A DNA stretch of 64,000 nt, from assembly GCF_018350175.1 (NCBI RefSeq), contig NC_058369.1, forward strand, positions 10,046,001-10,110,000, read 5' to 3'. This document shows, piece by piece, positions 23,780-34,133 of this stretch. Made by a program: the position numbers and the translations under genes. The notes under the pieces are model-generated. The model worked only from the letters and a program-made list of their open reading frames with translations, was not told the origin of the DNA and ran no database searches. This DNA comes from Felis catus. Taxonomy: Eukaryota. Within the stretch, counting starts at the first letter, position 1; every line of letters starts with the position of its first letter.

Positions 23780-24400
23780 CCCAGCAGGAGACAGGGGCCG
23801 CACTCTCCCCTCTCCAGCCCCCTCCCCGGGCCGGCGGGCTCGGCTCCGCGCCCTCCGCTGGGGCCGCCGCCATCTTGCGGGATGCTGGGGAGGGAGCCGC
23901 GAGCAGGCAATGGAAACAATACATCTTTTATGAAGCACCCCCCCCCCCCGCCCGCCTGGAAATCTTACATTAACGTGGCATTGATTTCCCTCGGAATGGA
24001 AGGGCCTCTCGTGCGCCCCCAGAGGGGCTGGAAGGCGGGGTGGGACTTGGGGAGGAGGGGGCCGTGCTGTGTGTTGGGGGGGGGATCGTCTGCTCCCGGC
24101 TCTGCCTCGAGCCCAGCAGCCGGTACCCCCCCCCGCCCCCCCCAGGTCCGGGCCCCGCGCAGAGGCAGCCCCCGAAAGTGGGCTCCTCGGCAGAGGGACG
24201 CAGTGGGCCGGTTCCCAGACGGGGGTCCGGGAGCGTGGCTTTGGAACAATTCCTGGACCTGGGGCGCCCCGAGAGTCCCTCCTCGGCCTTGGCATTGGCC
24301 AGAAAAGGCGCAGGAGAGCCTCGGCTGCCCCTGGGCCCACGATGTGCGGCCAAACGGGACACGTGTTCCCCCCCACACCCCAACCCCCCACCCCAGTTTG
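23780..24400. promoter_or_regulatory. Orphan CpG island with promoter-like core
   Basis: CpG-rich unique sequence, full YY1 motif GCCGCCATCTTG at ~23866-23877, AT-rich core at 23908-23990. Confidence 0.75.
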
Positions 24401-25470
24401 GGCTCTCTCTCCCCTCCCCACCCGGTTTCCTTCCTCTCTCCTCCCCCATCTTGCCACCTAACTCCCCGTTCCGCCTCCCTCCTCCTCCCTCGTCCTCTCC
24501 CGGTTCCCCCCCTCCCCATCTCTTCCCTGCTGCCGACTGCTTGACTGCTCCCTCCCCCCACACCCCCTTCCCTGCTTGCTAATGGCCCGGTGGCAGGCAG
24601 GCGGCTCCTCGCCTGTTTCCGGGGGAGTCGGGTTTGCAGCCAGGGGAGATGCTGGAGAGACTGGGGTGGGGGGAGAAGAATTATACACACATAAATCTGG
24701 GATAATGACGGTGGTGCTGATGGGGCTGGCAGCCGCAGCTCCCAAGCGCCACCCCCCACCCCCCCAGCCGCCAACACTCGACAACCAACCAGGACTTCCT
24801 GGCTCTCTGGAGGGCCCATGGATCCTTGTCATCTCTCTGAATGGGTCCTGCTGGGTAGACAGGGCGCAGGCTAGTGTGGGACATCTCATGCCGCACCGGG
24901 TCAGGGCAACTAGGCACAACCATAAAGACAGGTGGATTTTCTGGGCCTGCAGGTCCCGACCCTGTAGCCCCCCACCATCTGGAATCCCCGTGTCTCTAGG
25001 TTTCCCGAGGTCACGCCTCCCACAAGATGGCATCTTACATATAACTGAACAGTCAGACCTGGATTTTCTGCCCTTTCCCCTTTCCTAGATGTGTGACCTT
25101 GGGCAAGTCACTTAACCTCGCTGAGATTCAGTTCCCTCCAAGTCGAGGATGGCAACCATCTTCAACTAGAACAGGAAGCATGATCCTGACAAGTTCAATG
25201 TTATGTGAAAGAGACCAGACAGAAGAGGTTCCATTTACACAGTAAGGTTCCATTTACACGAAATTCAAGGACAGGCAAAACGAATCTATGATGACAGAGT
25301 CAGACTGGGGGCTTTGGACTTCCAGGAATGGGCATGAAGGAATTTTCTGGAGGGATGGACATATTCCTTCTTGGTTTGGGTGGTGGATACGCAGGTATGT
25401 ACGTGCATAAAAATTCACTGAGCTGAAGCTGAAGATCTGTGCACTTTACCTTATCCGAGTTAACACTCCA

Positions 25471-25692
25471 TTTTATTTATTTTTATTTTTTTTAATGTTT
25501 ATTTATTTTTTGAGAGAGAGACAGAGCGTGAGCAGGGGAGGGGCAGAGAGAGAGGGAGACGCAGAATCCAAAGCAGGCTCCGGGCTCCGAGCTCTCAGCA
25601 CAGAGCCCGACGCGGGGCTCGAACCCACGAACCGCGAGATCGTGACCCGAGCGAAGTCAGATGCTTAACCGACTGAGCCACCCAGGTGCCCC
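25471..25692 (-). mobile_element. Young CAN-SINE with TSD
   Basis: CpG-rich SINE; ttaacactccatt duplicated on both sides. Confidence 0.93.
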
Positions 25693-25799
25693 TTAACACT
25701 CCATTAAAAAAAAAAGAGAAGGAAACAGAGAAAAGAAAATGTCCCCTAGACATCACCCACTTCTTTTTTTTTTTTTTTAGACATCACCCACTTCTTCCC

Positions 25800-26380
25800 A
25801 CTTCTGTGGCCCCCACCCCAGCCCAGTCCCCCTCACGGCTCACCTGGATTATTCTTGTTACTTCTGCCCTGGAGTCTTGCTTCTGCCTTTACTCCTATCC
25901 GTCTTTGCAGGGGCCCAGAGGGGTCTTTGAAAAGACCAGAAAGTTGTCATTCTGTTCAGAACCCTGCATTCCATCCCGGTGGCTCCTAGATTCAATTCAA
26001 ATCCCTCACTGAGCCTCTTCGGGACCCTTCTCCCCGTTGCTTACCGCACTCCAGCTTCACAGACACTTGGCACTGGCTGTTCCCCTTCCTAGAACACCCT
26101 TCCTCCTAGATCTCACTGTTGGCTAACTCTACTGCCTTCTTCAAGTCCCAACTCCATGTCTCCTCCTCCGGGGGACCTTCCCAACCCCCGCCCACTACCT
26201 CTTTGACACTTCCCACCCTCCAATATTGCTTTGTTTCTCTGTCTTTATGTGTGCAGTGCCTCGCCACTCTCCACTGGAGCACAGTCTCTTTTTGGCCCTT
26301 GACTCTTACTCTGATCGTGTCCCACAATATCTGGCATCTATTAGATGTCCGATATAGGTTGACTAAATGAATTAAATAAG
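25800..26380 (+). mobile_element. L2 fragment
   Basis: tggctgttccccttcctagaacacccttcc...ccttcttcaagtcccaactccatgtctcctcctc. Confidence 0.7.
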
Positions 26381-26492
26381 AAGGTTCTAACTATTTAAGG
26401 ATATAAGTGATGGAAAGTCCAGGCATTCAATAAACCGGGGAACTGCCTTCTTCATGAAGATAGAACATGAAAATAATCTGTGGCTATTTGCT

Positions 26493-26719
26493 CTTTTTTT
26501 TTTTTTTTTTTTTTTTTGCTTTTTAAAATTATTTATTGAGAGAGAGAGAGAGCATGAGCAGAGGAGAGGCAGAGAGAGAAGGAGAGACAGAATCTCAAGC
26601 AGACCCCTCACTGTCAGCACAGAGCCCTGCTCAGGGCTCGATATCATGAACCAGGAGATTGCAACCTGAGCAGGAATCAAGAGTCAGATGCTTAACCGAC
26701 TGAGCCACCCAGGAGACCC
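26493..26719 (-). mobile_element. CAN-SINE
   Basis: Poly-T, (GA)n, ...accgactgagccacccagg. Confidence 0.9.
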
Positions 26720-26789
26720 TGTGACTCTTTGCTTTTGTGCCCTCTCTCAGTCCAGAACTTGGGGAGGTAATTTGGAGTAGGAAATATTC

Positions 26790-28030
26790 TCCCAAAAGGA
26801 AGATATTTGCAACAGGTATATCTGACAAAGGATGCATATCCATAACATATAAAGAGCTCCTACAAATCAATAAGGAAAAGACAACCAAATTTATAAAATG
26901 ATAGAAGACTTGAACAATTTGCCAAGTAGAAGTATCAAAATAGTCAATAAGCACACAAAAGGATGCTCAATGTCCTAAGTCATCGGAGAAATGCACATAC
27001 AACCACAGTGAAATCTCACAACATAACCAATTGGAATGCCTAAAATGACAAAGACTGATGGTACCAAGTGTTGACAAGGATGTGGACAATTGGAACTTTT
27101 TTTTAATTTTTTTTTTCAACGTTTATTTATTTTTGGGACAGAGAGAGACAGAGCATGAACGGGGGAGGGGCAGAGAGAGAGGGAGACACAGAATCGGAAA
27201 CAGGCTCCAGGCTCCGAGCCATCAGCCCAGAGCCCGACGCGGGGCTCGAACTCACGGACCGCGAGATCGTGACCTGGCTGAAGTCGGACGCTTAACCGAC
27301 TGCGCCACCCAGGCGCCCCTGAACTTTTTTTTTTTTTTAAGTAATCTCTACACCCAACGTGGGGTTTGAACTCATGACCCTGAGATCAAGAATCACATGC
27401 TCTTCCAACTGAGCCAGCCAGCCACCCCTGGAACTTTCATACACTGCTGGTGGGAATGTAAAATGATACAGCCACTCTGGAAAACTGGCAGTGTCTCCTA
27501 AAATTGCACACGCACCTGCCCAATGACCCAGCTCTTGCACTCCTGGGTATTTACCCAACAGAAACATAAACTGTGTTCATATACAAGAAGGTTCATGGTG
27601 GCTTTGTCACAAGAAGCAATCACTGAAAACAACTCAAATATCCATCGACAGCAGAATACACGAGCAAATTGTGGCATGGTCTTACGATGGAATATTACAC
27701 GACAAAGAAAAAGGACAGACTAATAATACTTGTGATGGCAAGGATGATTGCCACAGGTTCGATGTTATGTGAATGACACAAGACAGAAGAGGGCACGCAG
27801 TAGGGTTCCATTTATGTGAAATTCAAGGACAGGCAAAACGAATCTATGGTGACAGAGTCAGATTAGGGGATTTGGACTTCCAGGAATGGGCATGAAGGAA
27901 TTTTCTGGAGGGATGGACATATTCTCTCTTGGTTTGGGTGGTGGATACAACAGGTATATACTTGCATAAAAATTCATTGAGCGAAAACTTAAGATCTGTG
28001 CACCTTACCTTATCCAAGTAACACCTCAGT
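26790..28030 (+). mobile_element. Old L1 (L1ME/MC-like) with an inserted young SINEC_Fc (~27097-27319) and a short tRNA-like SINE (~27325-27428)
   Basis: L1 motifs tgctggtgggaatgtaaaatgatacagccactctggaaaac; repeated ggaacttt target sites around the SINEs. Confidence 0.85.
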
Positions 28031-28639
28031 CAAGGGCAGGGGAGGAGGGGGAAGATGGAAACAGAAAAGAAAATGTCCCCTAGAGCTGGGTATGGTCCCT
28101 ATGCTGTGTGAGTCCTGGGAGGTTTCACCGTAGTCTTCCGGGGTGGACAAAAGTCGGAAAATGTAAACAGCTGCCCCAGATTCAGGAGGGAAGTTCAAGG
28201 GTGGGAGTGGCCCCTCCTGTGTCTCTGGGGCGACGAGGGCTCCTCGCCTCCTCTGGCAGTGGGGTGTGGGCAGTCCAGTCTGAGGGCAAGAGGATGCCCT
28301 TGAGGTCTCCTTCCTACCCCTTCATCCCCTCCAGCCCGAGCTGTGGACCCAGCCAACTCCTGTACCAGAAACGCTAGTGAGTCTGGTTGCTATGGGAACG
28401 GGGCTGCGAGGCCCCCAGGAACCCGCTGCTTTGCCTCATTGCACAGGGAGCTTTCCCCCCCTTTAAAGGGACATGGGAGTCAGGGGAGGGGGAAACCCCT
28501 TCCTCTGATCTTGAAGGAGACACGTCCCCCACCAGCTTTGGCCCAAACCACTGGTTTGGAGAGGAGGGTCTGGGTGGAACCCAGACTGGTTAAGGACGGA
28601 ATCTGCTCTTCGGGTTATACCAGCCCTCCTCCTCCCTAA

Positions 28640-28845
28640 TTTGATTTGTTTATTTTCTTTAAGTTTATTTATTTATTTTGAGAGAGAGGGAAAGAGAGGG
28701 AGAGGAACAGAGACAGAGAATCCCAAGCAGCCTACGCACTGTCAGCGCAGAGCCCAACACGGGGCTCGATCTCACAAACTGTGAGACCATGACCTGAGCT
28801 GAGATCCAGAGTTGGACACTTAACCGACTGAGCCACCCGGCTCCA
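28640..28845 (-). mobile_element. CAN-SINE
   Basis: SINE body ...gaatcccaagcag...accgactgagccaccc. Confidence 0.9.
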
Positions 28846-29446
28846 AGTCCTTTCAAAGCCCAAGAAAAGAGTCTTTCCGTAGCTCTGACTTTTCCTGTGT
28901 GTTCATTCCTCCCCCCCCCCCCCCCCGCCCCGCCGTGGGAAAAATGGGTAGAAATGACGGGTAGAAGGGGCACTGCTTTTGGAGTCAGAAGGAAAGGAAG
29001 TCTGAGGGTCTGGCAGCCTTCCTGTGTGACCTTGACCCACTCCTCAACCTTTCTGGTTCCTCTTTTACAAAAACTGAGACTTCAGTTCCTACTTCAGAGA
29101 TTACTGTGAGGACTTGCACGGATTCACACATGCAAAACGCTTAAGACAACTCCTGGCACATAGCTGCTACTCAATACGTCTGTTATTGTGTCGTGTCAGT
29201 CACTTTCATGTGGGATAAGGTATGTCACCCTCACCAGCAGCTTTGTGGGCTAGCCGCGATCATACCCCTTTCAAAGATTGGGTAACTGAGGCTCGAATGC
29301 TCTTGGAGGGAGGCCATTCTCCAGTCTCCCAGAAATCCTGGACCCTGGAACCACCCCAAGCCCTCAGCTCAGCGGCAAAACGGGTTGGTGGCACCCTGCC
29401 ACTAGGGTACAGAGAGGGGCTGCCTCTAGCCCCTTTCGTCCTGCTT

Positions 29447-29448
<2 letters not shown>

Positions 29449-29487
<39 letters not shown>
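29449..29487 (+). repeat. (TG)n microsatellite
   Basis: Perfect TG run. Confidence 0.95.
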
Positions 29488-29489
<2 letters not shown>

Positions 29490-29809
29490 AGAGAGTCATA
29501 GCTGCTTCAGGGCTAGTGTTACTGTAAGTAGTAAGTTGTGAGCGCTTCCTGACCTTGTCCCTTTGTCTATTATGTTCCACAGGGGATGCAGGAAATCCTT
29601 CCTTGGGGCAAGATAAATAAATAAACAAACAAACAAATAAATCAGATATTACAGATGAACCTTCCTGTCCCCCATTCCAGTTCCCTCATTAGAGGACCCA
29701 CTGTTGTCTGTTTGGTGTATATCCTTACAAATCTTTTTTTTTTTTTTTTGAACATTTACATACACCTATACCCACCTATATAAATGTAGTATTGATTTGT
29801 GTGATGTCT

Positions 29810-30033
29810 TTTTGTTATGCTTATTTATTTACTTTGAGAGAGAGAGAGAGAGAGAGAGAATGCGAACGGGGGAAGGGCACAGACAGGGAGACAGAGAATC
29901 CCAAGCAGGCTCCGCTCTGTCACTGAACTCAGCGCAGAGCCCTATGCCTGGCTCGAACCCCCGAACTGTGACATCACGACCTGAACCCAAACCAAGAGTC
30001 AGACGCTTAACCCACGGAGCCCCCGGGCGCCCC
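29810..30033 (-). mobile_element. CAN-SINE
   Basis: (GA)n and SINE head; tgatttgtgtgatg duplicated on both flanks. Confidence 0.9.
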
Positions 30034-30039
30034 TGATTT

Positions 30040-31170
30040 GTGTGATGGCTTAGTCTGGGTTCCCTCAAAAGAAAAAACCCTGAGACAAGCAAGGGTTTGG
30101 GGGCAAGTTGTCGGTCTGGGAGGCGACCCCAGGAAACAGCCGTAGGGGGTTGGGGAAGTGAAAAAGGAGGGGCAGATTGTGATTTTTCAAAGATGTCCAC
30201 CCTTGGTATTTATACCGCTGTACAGGTTCTTTTTACAACAGGCTGAGGCTCCTCCCACAAGAGGCGGGGTCTGTGCACCTCTCCTTGAACCTGGGCGGGG
30301 CTTACGACTGCTCTGACCAATGGAGTATAAAGGAGGTGATTCTGACAGGCTTCAGGGGCTGGGTCACAGAAGAGAGGACCGCTTCCACCTGGGGCTCCCC
30401 TCTTGGCTTTTTTTCTCTCCTCCTTCTCCTCTCCCTCCTCCTCCTCCTCCCCCCTCCTCTTCTCCTCTGTCTTTCAATCCTTACCCTTGGAACCCAGCCA
30501 TGTTGTAAGGAAGCCCAGGTCACACATGCGGGTGTTACAGACAACAGCTCCAGTTGGGTCCTCGGGCAACAGCCAGGGTCAGCCAGCAGTCCTGCTAGTG
30601 TCGCCCTCCGGATGACTCCAGCCCCCGCCTTTGAGGCTCCCAGCTGAGGTCTCAGACACTGAGGAGCAGAGACACGCTGTTCCCCTTGTGCCCTGGTCAG
30701 AATTCCCGATTCATAGAAACATGAGAGATAAGAAAATGATCATCAGCTTAAGGCACTGAACTTGGGTAATTTGTGAAGCGGGATTAGACAGTTAATACAA
30801 CAGGGAAGGTAGGAAGCCAGCAGGGTGGGGCATTAACGAGCAGGGGACCCCTGTGGGCACCTGGGGCTCAGTCCTCCTGGGGACCTCTGGAGGGCGCTGG
30901 GAGTAGATTGAACATCTCAGCGTTGTCCCCCCTCCCCCCCCCCCCCCCCCCCCCCGCCACCACCACCCAGGTGAGGGAGTTGGGCATAGCCGCCAGCTCC
31001 CATCCGTCCCTGACAGAGGCCTGCTCCTGGGTGCGACCCCTGCCTTGCCGACCCCTAAGAAAATTCCCCCAGGTGGGGATGTAGCTGTTTGGGGTGGGAT
31101 GCTGCAAGGCTCTAAGGGCACTGTCCACTAAAGCTTCAGGTGACCCCAGATGGACCCAGGGCATCGACCA
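30040..31170. mobile_element. LTR16-like element with a nested MLT1 LTR (~30180-30795)
   Basis: ttagtctgggttccctcaaaa...ccctgagacaag (antisense LTR16 end); inner cccagctgaggtctcagacactgaggagcagagac...aattcccgattcatagaa. Confidence 0.6.
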
Positions 31171-31254
31171 CAACGCTACACGTGCTTTTAAAAAAACATT
31201 TTAAACAGCAGTTGTATCATAGGGCCCACATCGCTCTGAAACTTGCTTTTATCG

Positions 31255-31670
31255 CTGTGTTAGTTTCTTGTGGCTGCACAAGCTGGGGGGCTTAAAGCGA
31301 TAGAAACGTGTTCTCTCGCAGTTCTGGAGGCCAGAAGTCTGCAATCAGAGTGACACAGCAGGGCCACACTCCCTTGGAAGGCTCTGGGCTCTCGGGGAGG
31401 ATCCTTCCTTGCCTCTTCCAGCCTCTGGGGGCTCCTGGCATTCTTTGACCTTCTTCCCCGTGTTTCCCCAAGCTCCCTTTCCTTTCTCGTGCAAGGACAC
31501 CAGACAGTGGATTTAGAACCCACTCTAAAATCCAGGACGATCTCACCTTGAGATCCTTATCACTCCTGCAAAGAGTCTGTTTCCAAAGAAGGTCCTGTTC
31601 ACAGGTACTGGGGGGTTAGGACTTGGGCATCCTTTTTCGGAGGGGCGCGGGGGGACACGACTCAACGCAC
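31255..31670 (-). mobile_element. MLT1 LTR
   Basis: ttctctcgcagttctggaggccagaagtc...ccttccttgcctcttccagc...ttccaaagaaggtc. Confidence 0.85.
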
Positions 31671-32394
31671 TACGGTCACGGAAGATTTGGGTGCTGTTTG
31701 CACCACGTTTTTTGGGTCTCGTTCTCCATAGTCGGGACCATAATTCGCTTAATAATTCATCATTCCCCCTGGCTTTATCTGAGGTTGTTACTGACTTTTT
31801 GTTCTCGCCAAAGTCCTTGTCTGTACCATCTTGTGCAGGAGAACAAATATTTCTCCAAAAGTTGTTCCCACCGGTACAAGAGCTGGTTCTGAATTCTAAG
31901 TTAAAGAGGGCAGGATAAGCTAGTCCCCTGTGGCCTTCAAGATTGACCCTTCACCCTCCACCACCGGGCTCAGGGTGCTGGGAGCCCGATGGGGCTCCCT
32001 GGTCCTCCGGCTTCCCCGGATCTCGCCAACAGGGGGCGCTGGTAGGAGATGGAAGGAGGGAGGGCAGAGGGGTCAGCTGTGAGCTGGTTACTCACCTGAC
32101 CAGGACCACAGCTCCTGGGGGTGGTAACAGCTCCCCAACCTCCCAGGACCCTAGGGTCACGTGCAACAGCGCTCCGCTCTTCTGTGACCCAGCCCCTGAA
32201 GCCCATTTCTATAACGGACCTCGAGTCACCCACATAACAGAGTCTGTTTCTCAGGGGGACCCTAACCGCAAAGGGCTTTTGCTTTTGAGTTTTTCCTCTT
32301 ACCTAAAGGGTTTGATTGATTGATTGATCTCTCTCCCTCTCTCTCTGCCCCTCCCGGGCTCACGCATTGTGCTCTCTCTCTCTCTCTCTCTCTC

Positions 32395-32590
32395 TTTTCC
32401 AATGTAATTTATTGTCAAATTGGCTTCCATACAACACCCAGTGCTCATCCCAACAAGTGCCCTCGTCAATGCCCATCACCCGTTTTCCCCTCTCCCCCAC
32501 CCCCACCCCCCCTCAGCTTTTTTTCTGTGTTTAAGAGTCTCTTGTGGTTTGCCTCCCTCCTCCTCTGTCTGTAGCTATTTTTTCCCCTTC
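32395..32590 (-). mobile_element. Felid L1 3' end
   Basis: tttattgtcaaattggcttccatacaacacccagtgctcatcccaacaagtgccctc. Confidence 0.85.
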
Positions 32591-32631
32591 AAAGGGTTAT
32601 ATTTAGAAAGAATTTAAAAATATTTAGCTTT

Positions 32632-32870
32632 GGGGCACCTGGGTAACTCAGTTGGTTAAGCATCCGATTTCAGCTCGGGTCATGATCTCACGGTTCATGA
32701 GTTCGGGCCCCGCATCAGGCTCCATGCTGACAGCTCAGAGCCTGAGGCCTGTTTCAGACTCTGTGTCTTCCTCTCTCTCTGCCCCTCTCCTGCTCGTGCT
32801 CTGTCTCTCTCTCTCTCTCTCTTTCTCAAAAATAAATAAACATAAAAAAAAAAATTTAAAGCATAAAAAG
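32632..32870 (+). mobile_element. CAN-SINE
   Basis: Full SINE; atttagcttt duplicated on both flanks. Confidence 0.92.
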
Positions 32871-33706
32871 ATTTAGCTTTATTATTGTGGTAACTATCAC
32901 AGGCAGGAAACGCAGTCAGAGCACACGGAAAGACAACAGCGTTCTTGCACATTCCCAGCCTTGAGGAAATCACTGTTGATCTCTAGGTGTTTAGTCTACC
33001 AGGCTTTCTTGGGGCAGGGCTTTGGGGTCAGACAGAGCCGGGCCTGAGTCCCAGCCTGGCCACAACATGCTGTGTGATCTTGGTCAAGTTTCTTAACCTC
33101 GCTGAGCTTCCGTTTCCTCATCTGTAAATGGAGTAATGGTAGCACCCACTTCGTGGGCTTGCTGGGAGGTGCAAATGCCCAGGACTGACACATACCAGCA
33201 CTTTCTACATATATCAGTGTCACAGGTAGTTCTCCAAATCCCCATTCAGGCGTTCTAGATATAACAGGATCCCAGCCCTGCCTTTTGTGGTCAAACAAGT
33301 TCTGCCCTTGTTTCAACAGTCCTAGAACCTCACAAGGTTGCTGCTAGGCTGCCAGGATTTTGTTTTGTTTTGTTTTGTTTTTTGAGGTCTTAGGTTGGGT
33401 TTTTTTTTTTTATATAGTTTTTCAGCCAGCGCCCTAAAAAATTGAAGTTCACGTTTGTCTAGTACTAGGTGCAAAGCACCATGTTAGACACTTGATAGAC
33501 ATAATTTTCTGTAACCCTCACAATAACCCATTTCACAGAAGCAGGAATGGAGGCACAGCTAGTAGGTGGATGAGGCAAGATTTCTTCCCATTCCCTGCCT
33601 TCAGGACTAGTTGCTGTGGCCGCCTTGAGTCACTCCCTGGACCCATTTAACATAATCAATCTTGTCATTGTGTCAACGAAGACACGATAAGCCAAGGCCA
33701 TAACCA

Positions 33707-34133
33707 TGGGGCACCTGGGCGGCTCAGTCGGTTAAGCGTCTGACCCTTGATTTTGGCTCAGGTCGTGATCTCACGCACTGTGAGATCGAGCCCCCAGTCA
33801 GGCTCCGTGCCCGGAGCCTGCTTGGGATTCTCTGTCTGCCCCTCCCCTGCTTGCTCTCTGTATTTCTCTCTCGAAATAAATAAATAGATAACTAATTTTT
33901 AAAAAAGAGCCATATGGGGCGCCTGGGTGGCGCAGTCGGTTAAGCGTCCGACTTCAGCCAGGTCACGATCTCGCGGTCCGTGAGTTCGAGCCCCGCGTCG
34001 GGCTCTGGGCTGATGGCTCGGAGCCTGGAGCCTGTTTCCGATTCTGTGTCTCCCTCTCTCTCTGCCCCTCCCCCGTTCATGCTCTGTCTCTCTCTGTCCC
34101 AAAAATAAATAAAAACGTTGAAAAAAAAAAAAA
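33707..34133 (+). mobile_element. Older CAN-SINE (~33707-33900) followed by a very young SINEC_Fc (~33916-34133)
   Basis: Second copy keeps its CpGs (ggcgcagtcggttaagcgtccgacttcagccaggtcacgatctcgcggtccg) and has a pure A tail. Confidence 0.95.

Noticed and set aside
23365..25088. Multiple 170-284 aa ORFs around the orphan island
   Set aside because: GC-driven low-complexity frames on both strands; only the short ATG-initiated ORF was kept, as a hypothesis.
27325..27428. tRNA-like sequence (also ~40830-40923 and ~46660-46760)
   Set aside because: Has A/B-box-like segments but ends in a poly(A)-type tail with target-site duplications, so it is a short tRNA-derived SINE rather than a tRNA gene.
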